NCBI GenBank assembly: GCA_051362555.1
Contig: CM120647.1
Coordinates: forward strand, 16,964,651 to 17,028,650
Reading direction: 5' to 3'
Source: Lingula anatina
Lineage: Eukaryota > Animalia > Brachiopoda
Length of the DNA: 64,000 nucleotides
Numbering within the stretch: position 1 is the stretch's first letter; every line of letters starts with the position of its first letter. Below the pieces are notes generated by a model. The model was not told the DNA's origin and did no database searches. It saw only the letters and a program-made list of their open reading frames with translations. This document shows, piece by piece, positions 27,474-38,987 of the stretch. Position numbers and translations under genes: made by a program.

Positions 27474-29215
27474 CCCATTTACGCACTCATACGTCCAAAA
27501 TCGCAGCCTTGTTCGTACAAAATGCAAAAACCTGTCTGCTGTACAGTATGCTGTGAACTTTTCTAGCCACCTGTAGAACGAACGCCGATTGCAATCCCAG
27601 TGCGACAGACTGTCTCGGCGTTACGGGGATCACTTCAGACATTGCTAGTGGGGTGCTGACGGTAAGTATCTTCATAAGTGTTTATTCCGGTGTGACAGGA
27701 ATGGTAGTCCTAGGAATGGAAGGCTGGACTAACATATGATTAGTACAGGTTAGGGTTAATTGGAGTATTGAGGTTAATATATGGGACAAATGTCCCCCTG
27801 TACAAAGTAATGGGAAGCGGACTCCGGTTCCTAGCAGACTTCCATTCCTGTTACACCGAAACTAAGCACAATCGGTGTTTTCCGCCGTGGTTCATTGTAT
27901 CTTGTAAAATCACATTAACATTTGGCACTCGTAAAGTAGAAACAGCTTAACCATGACATTGTTTTAGAAAAATGTCTTATTCTGTCTATTGTTTTTCTTT
28001 TTACTTAATCCAGCCAATAGCTAGTGTGATGTGCAGTTTCAATGGTCGCAATGCCATGGATGTCAATGTGGTCCACTACTGCAATGCTGGGGCCTGTGCT
28101 GAATTCACCACAAGTGAGTTTTAAGGGGTTAATATGGTCTGTAGTAAGGTTGGTCTCTTCGTTGATATTTCTGTTAACAGGTACATGTTAATTAATGGGC
28201 ATTGGTTTTAGCTCCGCACAAGAATTCAACGGACTTTAAACGTCCCCTTGGCATTAAAGAATAAATAAGATTGAGAATTTTAGAAGTCCGTAACGAAAGT
28301 GTAATGGATAAGCATTATACGATTCGAAAATTTCACAATAAAGTTTTTGAAAACATTTGTAATGTCTGTAAAAATAACGGCAAGATCCCTTAATTTGGAA
28401 ATTGAAAGTTATTATTCATGATATGGACATAAATATCAAAACGTTTTAATTAGACCTCGTTACTTCGATTGAGTTGTGAAAAAATTTACGACCCGAGCAG
28501 ATTGAGATAATGTCTGCAGTAAGTCCACTGGCGCCACTTATCTTTCTCAATCAGCATCTGGAAATATATATTAATCTTTTTATCGCAGTTAATAAACATT
28601 TCATGCATGTTGGTCGCCACTGCAGCGTTTTAATCAGTTTCTATGATTATTAACGGACGGAATTATGTACAACTATTTTTTTTTTTTGTATTTTTTTTTT
28701 TTTTTTTGATAATGACGCCTAACTTGTAAGACGTTTCAAAATCTTAGTGGAATGCATCACGTAAGAATATAAATTGCTGTTATATTATATGATATTAAGA
28801 ATATTAGGGAATACACTCTTTATCTCATTTATCAAGAGGTAGATAAACGATAAAAAAGCGTAAAAAATCGTGTAATTAAATGTAAATTTATGAAGAAATG
28901 GGATTGAGTGGAAGTTATTTTCTCTTAGTAATTCATGACAAATGTAAACCTTCCTCGTGTAATAATTATTTTACTTTCCAGGTAATACTCTATTCTCCGA
29001 GTGCACTGTAGCGAACGCTTATAAGAATCTAAGCACAGAGACGCTATGCAGCGTGGCAGACACGGTGTCTCCAATCTGTACGTTCAATCCGTTCTTCCTC
29101 TTCTTCACGAACTCTGGATACCGTTGTATGTGCCCACTGGGGACGTACCCGTTCATATTCCCTTTCTCTTATGTTAGCAGAGCATCCACGGCGGTGTCGG
29201 CGTGTTTTCCAAGTA

Positions 29216-29256
<41 letters not shown>

Positions 29257-31339
29257 ACGTAAAACATGGATTCAGAGCAAAGGGAAATATAAAAAAGCAA
29301 ATTATTTCTAAGCTTTTATTATTATTACTATTATTATTGGTGTAAAATGCACATTTATCAAGTTATTGTGTTGCTTTCGTTGTCATCATCGCTTTTCTTT
29401 CTTATTTCTATAATGCAAGCACAATTTGACATGATGGTTGTGAACTAATCTTATGTTACATGGATATGGTATACCCTATATCTTTCTTTTGTATTTACAC
29501 CATCTTACCAAAAAAAAAAAAGTTCTGTTTAATCCAGATAGATTTTTAGTATATATATATTTAAAATTTCTGTGAAATGTTTCAGTTTCTGGTTCTCTCT
29601 GCATAACCAACGACGACTGCAACGTTAGGGCGACGGACTGTCTTGGCATTCCAACTCGTCCTAGTTTGGGCTCTCCCTCTGAATTCCTGGGAGGGATATC
29701 CTCGGACATTGCAAGTTTCCTAACGGTAAGGTCTTCTCAGCCTTTCTTTTTCAATTTATCTTTATAAATTTTTCATTTTTTTAATTTTCTCTTAATTTAG
29801 AACCGGTGTGACGAAGCAGGGCGCGTGCAACAGAGTCCACCCTCCATTTAGTTATACAGGTTAGGGTTAGCCTGATGCAAGTGGGTCAAAATCTAGGGCA
29901 AGTCTTAGATGTGCCTATTAAAGGGAACTGGCCCTTCTATCACGTACAATCACTCCCCTGTGACTCGGTGTACAATTTAGAGTTGCATATACTGGAAAAA
30001 ATATTAGCATATTTGCAAAAGCGTACCTCCAGTGGTTGATGGGTGGGTTAAAAGAGTAACATGGTTCCTTGGCACGTTTTCTAATGTTTAAAATATTTTG
30101 GAAGATATGATCGACAAGGCAAATTCCCCGCTTCGGTGGACTACCTGTATGTTGGTAGGTAAGAAAGACATACATTAACACGCAATCAAGATATTATTGT
30201 CGCAACAAGCACATCGGGTAAAGTCTGTGTCACAACTTGGCCAGTATTTCAGTATAGTCACATGAAGCAAGCGTGGATTCCCTATAACGCATATATACCG
30301 CTTTAATTAGTTTCTTATACGACTCACAAAAAAGTAGCCATGCCATTGCATAAACCAAATTAATCACTCCCTCAAAACATGAAGATAATTTCGTAATTTT
30401 GCCCATGCTCAAGGACCTTGTCTTCAGGCAAAGTCCAAGGGATACCAGCCATTATGTTTTGAAAACGTAAAGGAATTGTGAGTGACATATTTGAATGGAA
30501 ACACTTGTGTTATGTATAATCATAGCATGCATTTTGTGAACCTATGTATTGTTACATTCTATCCATCCGTTTTTCCTTGAATTTCAGTCGATAACTAATG
30601 TGATTTGCAGTTTCAATGATCGCTACACCGTTGATGTCACGCCCGTCTACTATTGCAACGCTGGCAGCTGCGTGGAATACGACACAAGTGAGTTTTAAGA
30701 TGTTATCGTGCTCTTTAATGACAGGGCCGCCGCCTTCATATTCCCATTTATATTATTTGGGCATTAGTTTAAGTTACACCTCAAAGTCAACAAAATCTGT
30801 TTTTCATTTGGTAACAAAGAGTTAAGAAGATGAGCATTAAAAGAAGCCGATAAGAGAAATGTGTTAGAAAAGCATGATATGATTTAAATACATCCCATAA
30901 CAGCCTTGGAAAACATTAGTGATATTGAGGGAATGGAAGGCGTTGACTCCACTTCTGCAGGAGCAGTATAGAAAAAGCTGCCATGATTCATTAGTGTGGA
31001 TATATAGTGGAATGCACCAAATTATTTATTTATTTATTACAGAGAGTTCCAATAGTTTATGTGTTATGGTAGTTTTATATAGATTCCTGGTACATAATCA
31101 TCACCTTCGTTCTCTCATTGTATCAAATGTCTTTTTCAATGTTTTTTTCAGGTCCTCTGGAGAACGCGCCAGTTGTGAACGGAAGTATTCTTTTCTACGA
31201 AGGTCTTGTCAGGGATTTCTTTCCGTCTTTATTCTCAACATATCCCAATGTGGTGCCAGATCCGAGTACTGGGAACCGCCTGACGTACCTCGCTCAAAAT
31301 ATCTACACGACGGTCTTTAGGAAACTGTTTCCGCCATAG
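17928..31339 (+). CDS. Secreted ~698-aa protein: signal peptide + Sib/'integrin beta-like' N-terminal domain + EGF + Cys-rich tail (B'C'ABCD). Exons 17928-17991, 18651-18709, 19286-19406, 19865-19994, 20631-20768, 21320-21455, 21855-22010, 22477-22604, 23471-23626, 24464-24504, 25125-25238, 27567-27661, 28014-28113, 28982-29212, 29586-29725, 30588-30687, 31152-31339
   Basis: All 16 introns are GT-AG with matching phases, summing to 2097 nt with no internal stop. Signal MWSLLLYLLAMTVFLLPRPGTG is followed by SHFRFGTISC. Family motifs: GCCWV, RSDTGTPNSSP, IPYADADGDTVRCRW..ECGGIC..PGATL, AIMLEDF..PLSKVPLQ, LTWTPT. EGF: DPCLFDPPCLNNGTC..FTCTCTPSFTGTLCE. The link across intron 25239-27566 is inferred from phase only. 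Confidence 0.8.
20354..20530. mobile_element. MITE with CAGGCCCGTAGCCAG TIRs; related inverted copy at 53452-53629
   Basis: caggcccgtagccag...ctggctacgggcctg. The copy at 53452-53629 shares ends and internal 'aaaaggtcc' motifs. Confidence 0.7.
23665..23880. mobile_element. Short degenerate MITE or foldback element
   Basis: 'cattcccatagatttagatcgatc' at the left and 'gatcgatctaaaatccgtgggaatg' at the right are inverted. Confidence 0.45.
25693..25780. repeat. (AC)n(TA)n compound microsatellite next to the Penelope insertion; further (TA)n at 27054-27090 and 27417-27470
   Basis: Read directly from the sequence. Confidence 0.95.
25856..25886 (-). ncRNA. Minimal type I hammerhead ribozyme motif in the inverted pLTR
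   Basis: The reverse complement reads CCCC-CTGAAGA-AAGAAA-GAAAC-CG-GTC-GGGG. Confidence 0.75.
26991..27021 (+). ncRNA. Minimal type I hammerhead ribozyme motif; predicted cleavage after GUC at 27017
   Basis: CCCC/GGGG stem I, CUGAnGA core, unpaired stem II, GAAA, palindromic ACCGGU stem III and GUC site. This matches the minimal HHRs known from Penelope-like elements. Confidence 0.8.
27358..27388 (+). ncRNA. Second sense minimal hammerhead motif; predicted cleavage after 27384
   Basis: Identical to 26991-27021. Confidence 0.8.
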
Positions 31340-31939
31340 TAAATGGCTGCGCCGATTCCTGCGTTGAGTACAAGTGCCATTGGAAATATTCCATGTCTAA
31401 AACATACAGTAGCTTATAGCGTATTATGTTTATTGAATATGTAAATAATACCGTTGTTTTTACCTCGTTCATTACAGTTAAGGTCTTATTACATGCGTTG
31501 GATGTTTCAACTTCTCTTTCTCTTAGTTTATGTCTTTTTATTCTTTTTTCTTCGTTGTCTGTGTCTTACTTGATCTTTCACAAATAATATATATCATCGG
31601 ATAGTCGAAATGTTTAATATCAGTTATCATAATCTGTTGCCTTTGATTACGTGTATAGATAACATTTAATTTTTGAGAATTCGTTGTCTACTATTTTACT
31701 ATTAACTTTACAGAAATATGATAACTAATAAAAATTGTCTCATTCAGAATGTTTGACGGATCGTATTTATGTAAATATAATGCATAGAAGAGGAATGTTG
31801 TATGCTTATTTTTAAGTATTTGTGTATTCTGGATGTTAAATAGCAGGAATGTGCATACTTATTAAACTTTTAATTTGTAGAAATAAACTGTTATATTACG
31901 CAATTATTTATTTTTGGTTCACACTGCTATGACTCGTAT

Positions 31940-32390
31940 TGTAATAACCAGCAGGTTGGTTATTCAGGTTCTTTGATTTACTTTTCACCAGTAAGACAAC
32001 TGAGACAGGCAGGTATAGTTTTCTGCTACATGGTTTATTTAAGTGTAAAGCTCAGGTATCTGTTCTCTCTCTCTCTCCATCTCTCTCTCTCACGATATGT
32101 ATCGTAATATATGTCTCTGTCTCACTACGTCCATCTACATGTTTATCTATATGGCTCTCTATATCTCTCTGTCTATCTCACCCCCCTCTGTGGCTCGGTC
32201 GCTGCTTTTATACTCTATCTTAATTTACATTTTAAATGAATTTCCATAACTAACATGCAACATGACATGTCTTTATATACATGTACATTTGGATAATTAA
32301 AGCTAAAACAAATGTGCATATCTCATTTATGCAAATTTAGAAGACTATCATTACTATTAGTGGTTCCCTACACATATCTCCCTTTTTTAC
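31940..32390 (-). mobile_element. LTR remnant with adjacent polypurine tract
   Basis: Minus strand reads PPT 'aaaaaagggagata', then TGT(GT)AGGGAACC..., TATAAAAG, AATAAA, ending ...TTACA at 31940. Confidence 0.6.
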
Positions 32391-33081
32391 CAAAAAAAAA
32401 TTAAGGAGCTTAATCTTTTTTAAACCTATTTAACCGACAACTATTTATTTACTGTAATTGATAGAATGTTAAGCCATAATACAAGGTACACATTTATGTG
32501 TAGTGAACCACAAATAGTCTTCTGAATTTGCATACATGAGATATGCATATTTGGAAGACTATCGGTACTATTCGTGGTTCACTACAGTACATGCTCCTTT
32601 ACAAGTCGCGCAGATGCTGGATTTTCAATATATATAGGTTAATCATCATAAGGAATCTTGTAATACCAATTGTCTATTATCTAGACTGGTTAACTAGGAA
32701 TAATAATGATGATGCTGATTTATTCATATATGGAGCATTACGTAATGTCAATGCCCCTCATAGTTGAGGAACTAAAATATTCAATGTACTAAGATGGTAA
32801 AATGACAAATTAAGAGTGAATTACACACATCAGAAGATGGAATTCATGCTTACCGAAGTACGAGGCGTAACGGGATATTAATGCACGACACTGCCGGACG
32901 TTCATGTATATCTTGTGGTTGATAGACTGTTATCACAACGGTAAAGACTCCTGCGAGTGCTTATTATAGCTATTACTTTCCCTCGAGCTGGGCACTGTAA
33001 TTGAATGTCTACGAATAATTTTAGATAGCATCTCTTAAATGATAGCATGACTGGTTGACCACAATTATGATGAATATATAA

Positions 33082-33870
33082 GGCTGTATTCCGAACAGTG
33101 GACTAACTACTCCGCGCCCCAGATATGTCGACCGACTAAATACCTTGCCGTGTAACCCCACACTGAGCTTCAGAGCTAACTTGACACTAACCTTTTCACT
33201 GTAGCCTATTCTCCATCGTGTCAAGTAACCTCTGACCACATTCGATTGCCCCCGCCGCCCGCCAATCAAATTTAAAGCCCGCACTCAATGACTCATTGAA
33301 CGATCTAGCCAATGAACGTGAACGAGTCAAAGCGCGCTTTGTTCAAATCCGGACCAATCAAAGATAAGGCTGAATATCAGGGACTTGCCGTAACCTGTGG
33401 GCAGCACGCAAAATACATCATCCCTCAGTAGATAATGATGCAGGGCATCAAACTGCTCTGGTTTCAATTCCGATATACTCCATGCTTTCTTTGTGTACGG
33501 TTATGCACTCGGAACTACTCGGATGTCTCCGCACTCGACAATAACTATGTTGTTAGTATGGAGCTTGCGGAATCAGCCGAGGATTGCCGATTGACGATCA
33601 ACCAATCAGCGTTTTCACCAAACTTTGGTGAAAAATTTTGAAACATGGATTCGATTGGCTTATATAAATTGGGTCAAACTATTTTCGTCAGAGGTTACTT
33701 GACACGATGGAGAATAGGCTACAGTGAAAAGGTTAGTGTCAAGTTAGCTCTGAAGCTCAGGGTGTGTAACCCGCGAATAGAGACTAAATATATTCGCCAT
33801 GGGGAAGTATTCAAGTGGGTCGGCCATATTTGACCCGTGGAATAATTAGTCCGCTGCTTTGAATGCATCC
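33082..33870. mobile_element. Harbinger-like MITE (GGCTG(C/T)ATTC ends) split by a nested element; uninterrupted relative at 62656-62836
   Basis: Left end 'ggctgtattccgaacagtggactaact' and right end 'caagtgggtcggccatatttg...tttgaatgc' match the two ends of the ~180-bp copy at 62656-62836. Confidence 0.7.
33159..33764. mobile_element. Non-autonomous DNA transposon with ~75-bp TIRs and an 8-bp TSD (hAT-like)
   Basis: TIR CAC(A/C)CTGAGCTTCAGAGCTAACTTGACACTAACC...; exact TSD TGTAACCC at 33151-33158 and 33765-33772. Confidence 0.88.
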
Positions 33871-33899
33871 TATGATAATTAGAATAATGAAGGTGTCTC

Positions 33900-34053
33900 C
33901 GATGTCTCTCCACCGATGTCTTCATTTGCATCACTTCTATAGCTAGGCCAAGTGCGGATAAATTGAGGATTCCAGCAAGTTTTCAGTTTTGTACTGCATT
34001 GTTATTTCCTAACGTTTCAAACAGCTGTGAAGTTTTCTGCCAATATACCATGG
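33900..34053 (+). promoter_or_regulatory. Shared promoter/5'UTR block ending in the ATG-G micro coding exon; homologues at ~38830-38991, ~42480-42634, ~45755-45903
   Basis: Conserved 'tcatttg', a TATA-like (G/A)ATAAATT ~95-100 nt upstream of the ATG (GAGAAATT in copy 4), and acc/aacATGG|GTGAGT donor in all four copies. Function is inferred. Confidence 0.6.
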
Positions 34054-35024
34054 GTGAGTCGCTCGTAGAGAAGCTTTTGCATGTGATGTAATATTAATTC
34101 ATATTTTCTCCATCTCACGTAGTATAAGAAAGAAGTAACGAAAACACACTACACACACACTAACATAGGTTGATTAATATTTGTCCAGTGAAGGCCGCTT
34201 GGACCAATGCCAAGCCAAAGTGAAAATCATTATGGATTTAACTTACTGAATATAAAATTAACATGTGAATCTGTAAATAATTGAGAAGAGTACTGGAATA
34301 TATCGTGACTAAAATCAATTTTATGATAATTAATTACGTATGAATGAACTTTTCGGGGTTGGAGAGGAATGGCAAATATCATAAAACCCCCCTATCAAAT
34401 TATTAATTGGCTTGTCTACTTTCCAGGCAATACCCTATTCAGTGAGTGTACTCTACCAAACGCTTACCAGAACATAACCGCGGCGCCGGAATGCACAATT
34501 GGCAGCGTCTCTACGAGTCTCGTCTGTACCTTTAACCCGCTCTTCCTGCTCTTCTCCGCCTCTGGATTCCGCTGCCTGTGCCCGCCGGGGACGTGGCCAT
34601 TCATTTATCCGAGCTTTGCTATACCTAATGCACCGCCTGCAGAGGTTGTGACAGTCTGCATCAATAGTAAGTGTCAACACTTTAATTATCATACACAGTA
34701 TCTTTATCATTTAATTTTTATTAGTTATACTATGGGACCGTTCATATGAAAAATCTATTTTCTAAAAATCTATTTTCTATTCGCGGTATCTTGTGATCAC
34801 GGTCTGTGCCCTGAATACCCCGCGGCGTAATTACTGGCAGCGCGACCCAGTTACTTCCAAAGCTGTAATTAATTCTTGGCTGCGCTTGGAGTGATCACAA
34901 GATACCGCGAATAGAAAATAGATTTTTAGAAAATAGATTTTTCATATGAACGGTCCCATAGTGTGTAAGGAAATACCTGTGGAAAACCAAAATAATTTAA
35001 ATCACGCTGTAACACCGTCCATTC

Positions 35025-35067
<43 letters not shown>

Positions 35068-36911
35068 TTTGTCGTTATTGTTGTTACTTTCATGTTATCA
35101 GGCCTACCCAACTACCAGGCTCGGCACCTAATGATCCTTAAATTCACCGATAGATCGGACCACACTACCCGTTTTCAAGGTGTGCGTCAGTACGCATTTC
35201 ACAGTTTCAGAAAATTTTATCGGAAGAAAATTTGAGATGAGGTACACTACTTTGCAAACCCGCTGAAAATCATCACTATCACAGCGCGTACTAGGCAAGA
35301 ACGGTGTCGCGTTAGAAACTGAGAAGTGCGTACTGATACATACCTTGAAAACGGGTATTGTGGTCCGATATACCGGTGAATTCAGGATCATTCGGTGTCG
35401 AATCTGGTGTTAGGTAGGCCTGGTATTTATTGTAAAATATTAATTTTTAAAGCACGACGAATGTTTGTACGTTTTAAATGAGTTAAAATCTACATTCCAA
35501 GTTGAAGGCTCTCCATGCTCAACGGACGCAGATTGCAACCTTAGAGCGACGGACTGCCTTGGCGTTGTCTCAGATTTTGTCGTCCCGGGGCTCTCGGGAC
35601 GGATTACCTCGGACATTGCAAACTTGCTGACGGTAAGAATTCGCATATCCAAAATTTCCCACTTCAATTTACTTTCACAGAAGTCTGGGAACAACGCTTG
35701 GTTTATTTTGGTCGCTCAGTCACCTCTCTCTTTAAATTTGTAAGTGGTGGTCACTTTGTCTTACTGCGCCTGTGGACAATAATTTTTCAGCCTCGAAGAT
35801 CACAAAGTGAAATTAATGTCTGTCTGAATTTTCTTGTAAAAATATAAATTTTTAAACTCTGAAATTTGTCCTGTCGGCCACAAGATACCGTGCTCTATCG
35901 TTTTAAGCAGGACCTGTCTCTTACACACAATTCAAATACATTAATTAATTAATTAATTAATTAATTAATTAATTAATTAATTGATTAATTAATATAAAAT
36001 GATATAAATTCATTTTCTGGGAAATGTCTTCCTTGCTAATTTTTCAAAGGGGTCACGGAAGATTTCAGATTTTCTCTGAAACACTCATATTTGGCTACAG
36101 TGTAATATGTTTTGGTAAGTCAACTAGCCTCGAATGGCTCGCTAAAATTTATTAAGGCCCACAACAAGGCCTATTTTAGTTACAGATTTACGATGACTAG
36201 GGAAAAATGCTGCTAAATCAGTAATTATATTAAGAAAAAAAAGGCGATGTGGATGAGTTTGTATTGGGTTTACCTGTGTTTGTTATAAACATTGCATATA
36301 ATTCTAATCTCGTGCTTTTTAAAACTTTCATTGCAGCCAATAACAAGTTTTATATGCAGCTTCAACGACCGGTTTACCGTGGACATTACGCCCAGCTACT
36401 CCTGCAACTCTAACACATGCACCGTTCTAAACACAAGTGAGTTTTAACTGGTTAACATGGTCCCTAGTGAGTTTTTTGTCGTTGATTTTTCTTTTTGATG
36501 GACACAGGGATTACATTCAGATCAACAGACGATCACTGTAATTACAGACAATATAAAAAAGATTAAAAACAACAACAACAAACAAGCAAACAAAAATGCC
36601 GTATGGAAAACAAACAATATAAGCATTACATAATTCAAAGATATCACCTTATAGTCTTAGTATCAAAGTATCAATAATCTTCGCAATATTTATAAGTCAC
36701 ATGTCTATGTCACGTGTCTTTTGCAGGTCCACCTGTCAACACGCCACTCGTGAACGGGAGTACTTTGTTCTACCAAGGCCTCGTCCGTGATTTGCTTCCA
36801 ACCATCTTCCGCACGTACTCCAATGTGGTACCAGACCCGAGCGCCGGAAACCGCCTGACGTACCTCGCTCAAAATATTTATAAGACAGTCTTTCCATCGG
36901 TGTTTCCCTAA
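34050..36911 (+). CDS. Small Cys-rich protein, copy 1 (219 aa); exons 34050-34053, 34427-34666, 35502-35632, 36337-36436, 36727-36911
   Basis: Phases 1/1/0/1 are consistent. MGNTLFSEC..CTFNPLFLLFSASGFRCLCPPG..|EGSPCSTDADCNLRATDCLG..ITSDIA|PITSFICSFNDRFTVDITP..C..C|PPVNTPLVNGSTLFYQGLVRD..FP*. Paralogous to the last four exons of the long gene. Confidence 0.85.
34729..34962. mobile_element. MITE with ~72-bp near-perfect TIRs in intron 2 of copy 1
   Basis: actatgggaccgttcatatgaaaaatctattttct...gtgatcac and its reverse complement ending ...cggtcccatagt. Confidence 0.85.
35099..35422. mobile_element. MITE, CAGG(C/T)CTACCCAACTACCAG family; second copy at 44485-44801
   Basis: Long (~90 bp) imperfect TIRs shared with 44485-44801. 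Confidence 0.8.
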
Positions 36912-38987
36912 CTGTATCTTTATCGTCGAGATTTGTTGTGCACAAATCGATTTTTATTTGTGTATGTTGAACTTTAAATGGTAAATCTTAATTGGGTAAA
37001 AAGCTGATATTTTACATGTATATATTTAAATTCCGGACTATGCAAATGCTTAGTCATTGTAGGGTATTCTGAATACCTCTGAACTTGCTTTCAAATATGA
37101 CTCGTTTGTTCTCCTGCTTCATATGACCCAGATGCATGCTTACAGGGAACTGTTTTAGAAAAACGGCAATTATTTGTCGAATTAAGGTTTGGTCCTCTCA
37201 AAAGAAGTTGATTTTGTACAAAAAAACGGCATGCAATTGGTGATATTTTGAAAGTATGATAACGACTTGTAATACATTCATGTTGTACTAAATATAGTGG
37301 GGAAACATCCATAGCATGATCCAATACAGTTTTTAAGCATAATTATACCCGCGCATCTACACATGCATGCTTCTTGTATGCCGTTTTGATGAGAATAAAG
37401 TTGCACGACCCAACTTTTCAGCAAGTCTGAATTAATGTGAACCACGGCTTGCACCTCTATGTACAAAATGTACATATTGTTTGATATGGAGCCTTTCATC
37501 GTTATATATGTGCATTTTCATAGTAGTGTAAAACAAAATAACCACAGTTTAGTTCGGCTGTTCATCTTTGTCATCTTTCCATTATTTTAGGCAAATACTA
37601 CGAACCTGAAACAGTTGTTTAGCATTTTATACCTGTGCACGCATATTTCATCTCTCTGCTGTTTATGATGAGTAAATGTATACGGTCCAAACATTCAGAA
37701 AATAACATATCCATGTTCGAAATAGATATATACATCTTAATTTACGAGGTATGTTTCATCGTTTCTTAATATTTAATAAAATTTCATATTTTGTATCTTT
37801 TTGATTAAGCGTCCTCTTTCTCATAACTCCGCCTTAAGTAAGTAGTAAATGACTATATAGTAATATAGTAAATAATAAGTAAATATTGAATTACAAACTC
37901 CATCTAACTAAATGATTGAATGAATGAATAAATGAATGAATAGATAAACAATGAAATAACACCTTTACACTAGTGCTATTTTACTTATGTGGCCCAGCTT
38001 ATATGAACGTTAAACCATTGTTATAAAACATGGATATTGAAACCGGAATGTTTACAATGCAAAATCTAGGGTTTCGCAGTAAGAACTCGAGATCTTCTCA
38101 TGAACCTGTGGCCAGAAATATCAAAATGCGCCGAACACGACTGAAAATCATCAAAAACTGCCATAAGTTACCAACCAAACTTAGTTATCAGGAAGTGACG
38201 TTCCATTTCAAAAAATGTTTTTTCCTACAGAAAAACCACATCCAGAAAAAAAAAATGATAAGAGAACGATAAGAAATTGCAAAAAAAGGAGTAATATAAG
38301 ACTTACAAAGATATATCTGCAATATTCAAAGCCTTTAATCTTTTAAAGTGAATTATGCGGATTCTGATCAACACCCATTTTGAGATACTATGAACACTAT
38401 CATCATAATTCACAATTATTACTGCAATTTTACCATATTTCCAACAGAAAAAGCTGACTCAGTGGCAATAACAGTCACCATCTTCTTGATTTGTGTTAGA
38501 TATGAAAAAAAGAACCATTACATGCACACCTTGTGCAGTTATTTTCGACCATTTTACCAAGTAAAACATGCGTTTTCGGTATGTTAATACATGACAGTGC
38601 CGGGCGTTCATGTATATCCTGTGGTTGATGAACGACGGTAATAATTCCTGAAAGTGATAAACACAACTATTTACTTTTCACTGAGCTAAGGGTGCTAACT
38701 CCGTATCTTCGAATAATTTTGGATAACATCTCTTAAACGCAGGGTAGTGCGAGAAAGATGACCGGCTGCACTTTATTATAACGATCAAGAAAAACTGTGA
38801 CAAATTTAAAAAAAATTAAATAATATAAGGACCGATGTCTCCCCTCCATATCGTCATTTGTACTGCTGTCGTACCTAGCTGGCGTGTGGATAAATTAAAG
38901 ATTCTAACAAGTTTTTCAACAAGTTGTGTACTTATTGTTACTACTGTCTTAATTAAGACTCAAAACGTTGTGGAATTCAAAGTCAAC

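Larger units (their letters stand above)
19425..29967. mobile_element. About 5 related ~170-bp MITE copies (CCGGTGTGAC.../...GTCACACCGG ends) in introns of the long gene: ~19425-19517 (partial), 19672-19847, 24571-24736, 27687-27858, 29803-29967
   Basis: Shared terminal inverted repeats, shared 'ggaatggtagtcc(g)ctaggaa' and internal 'tacaggttagggtta' motifs. The feature span covers several separate copies. Confidence 0.7.

Noticed and set aside
38835-38987. In-frame upstream ATG that could add a 51-aa leader to copy 2
   Set aside because: Not conserved: copies 3 and 4 have in-frame stops there and copy 1 has no in-frame ATG. It is also not a convincing signal peptide.
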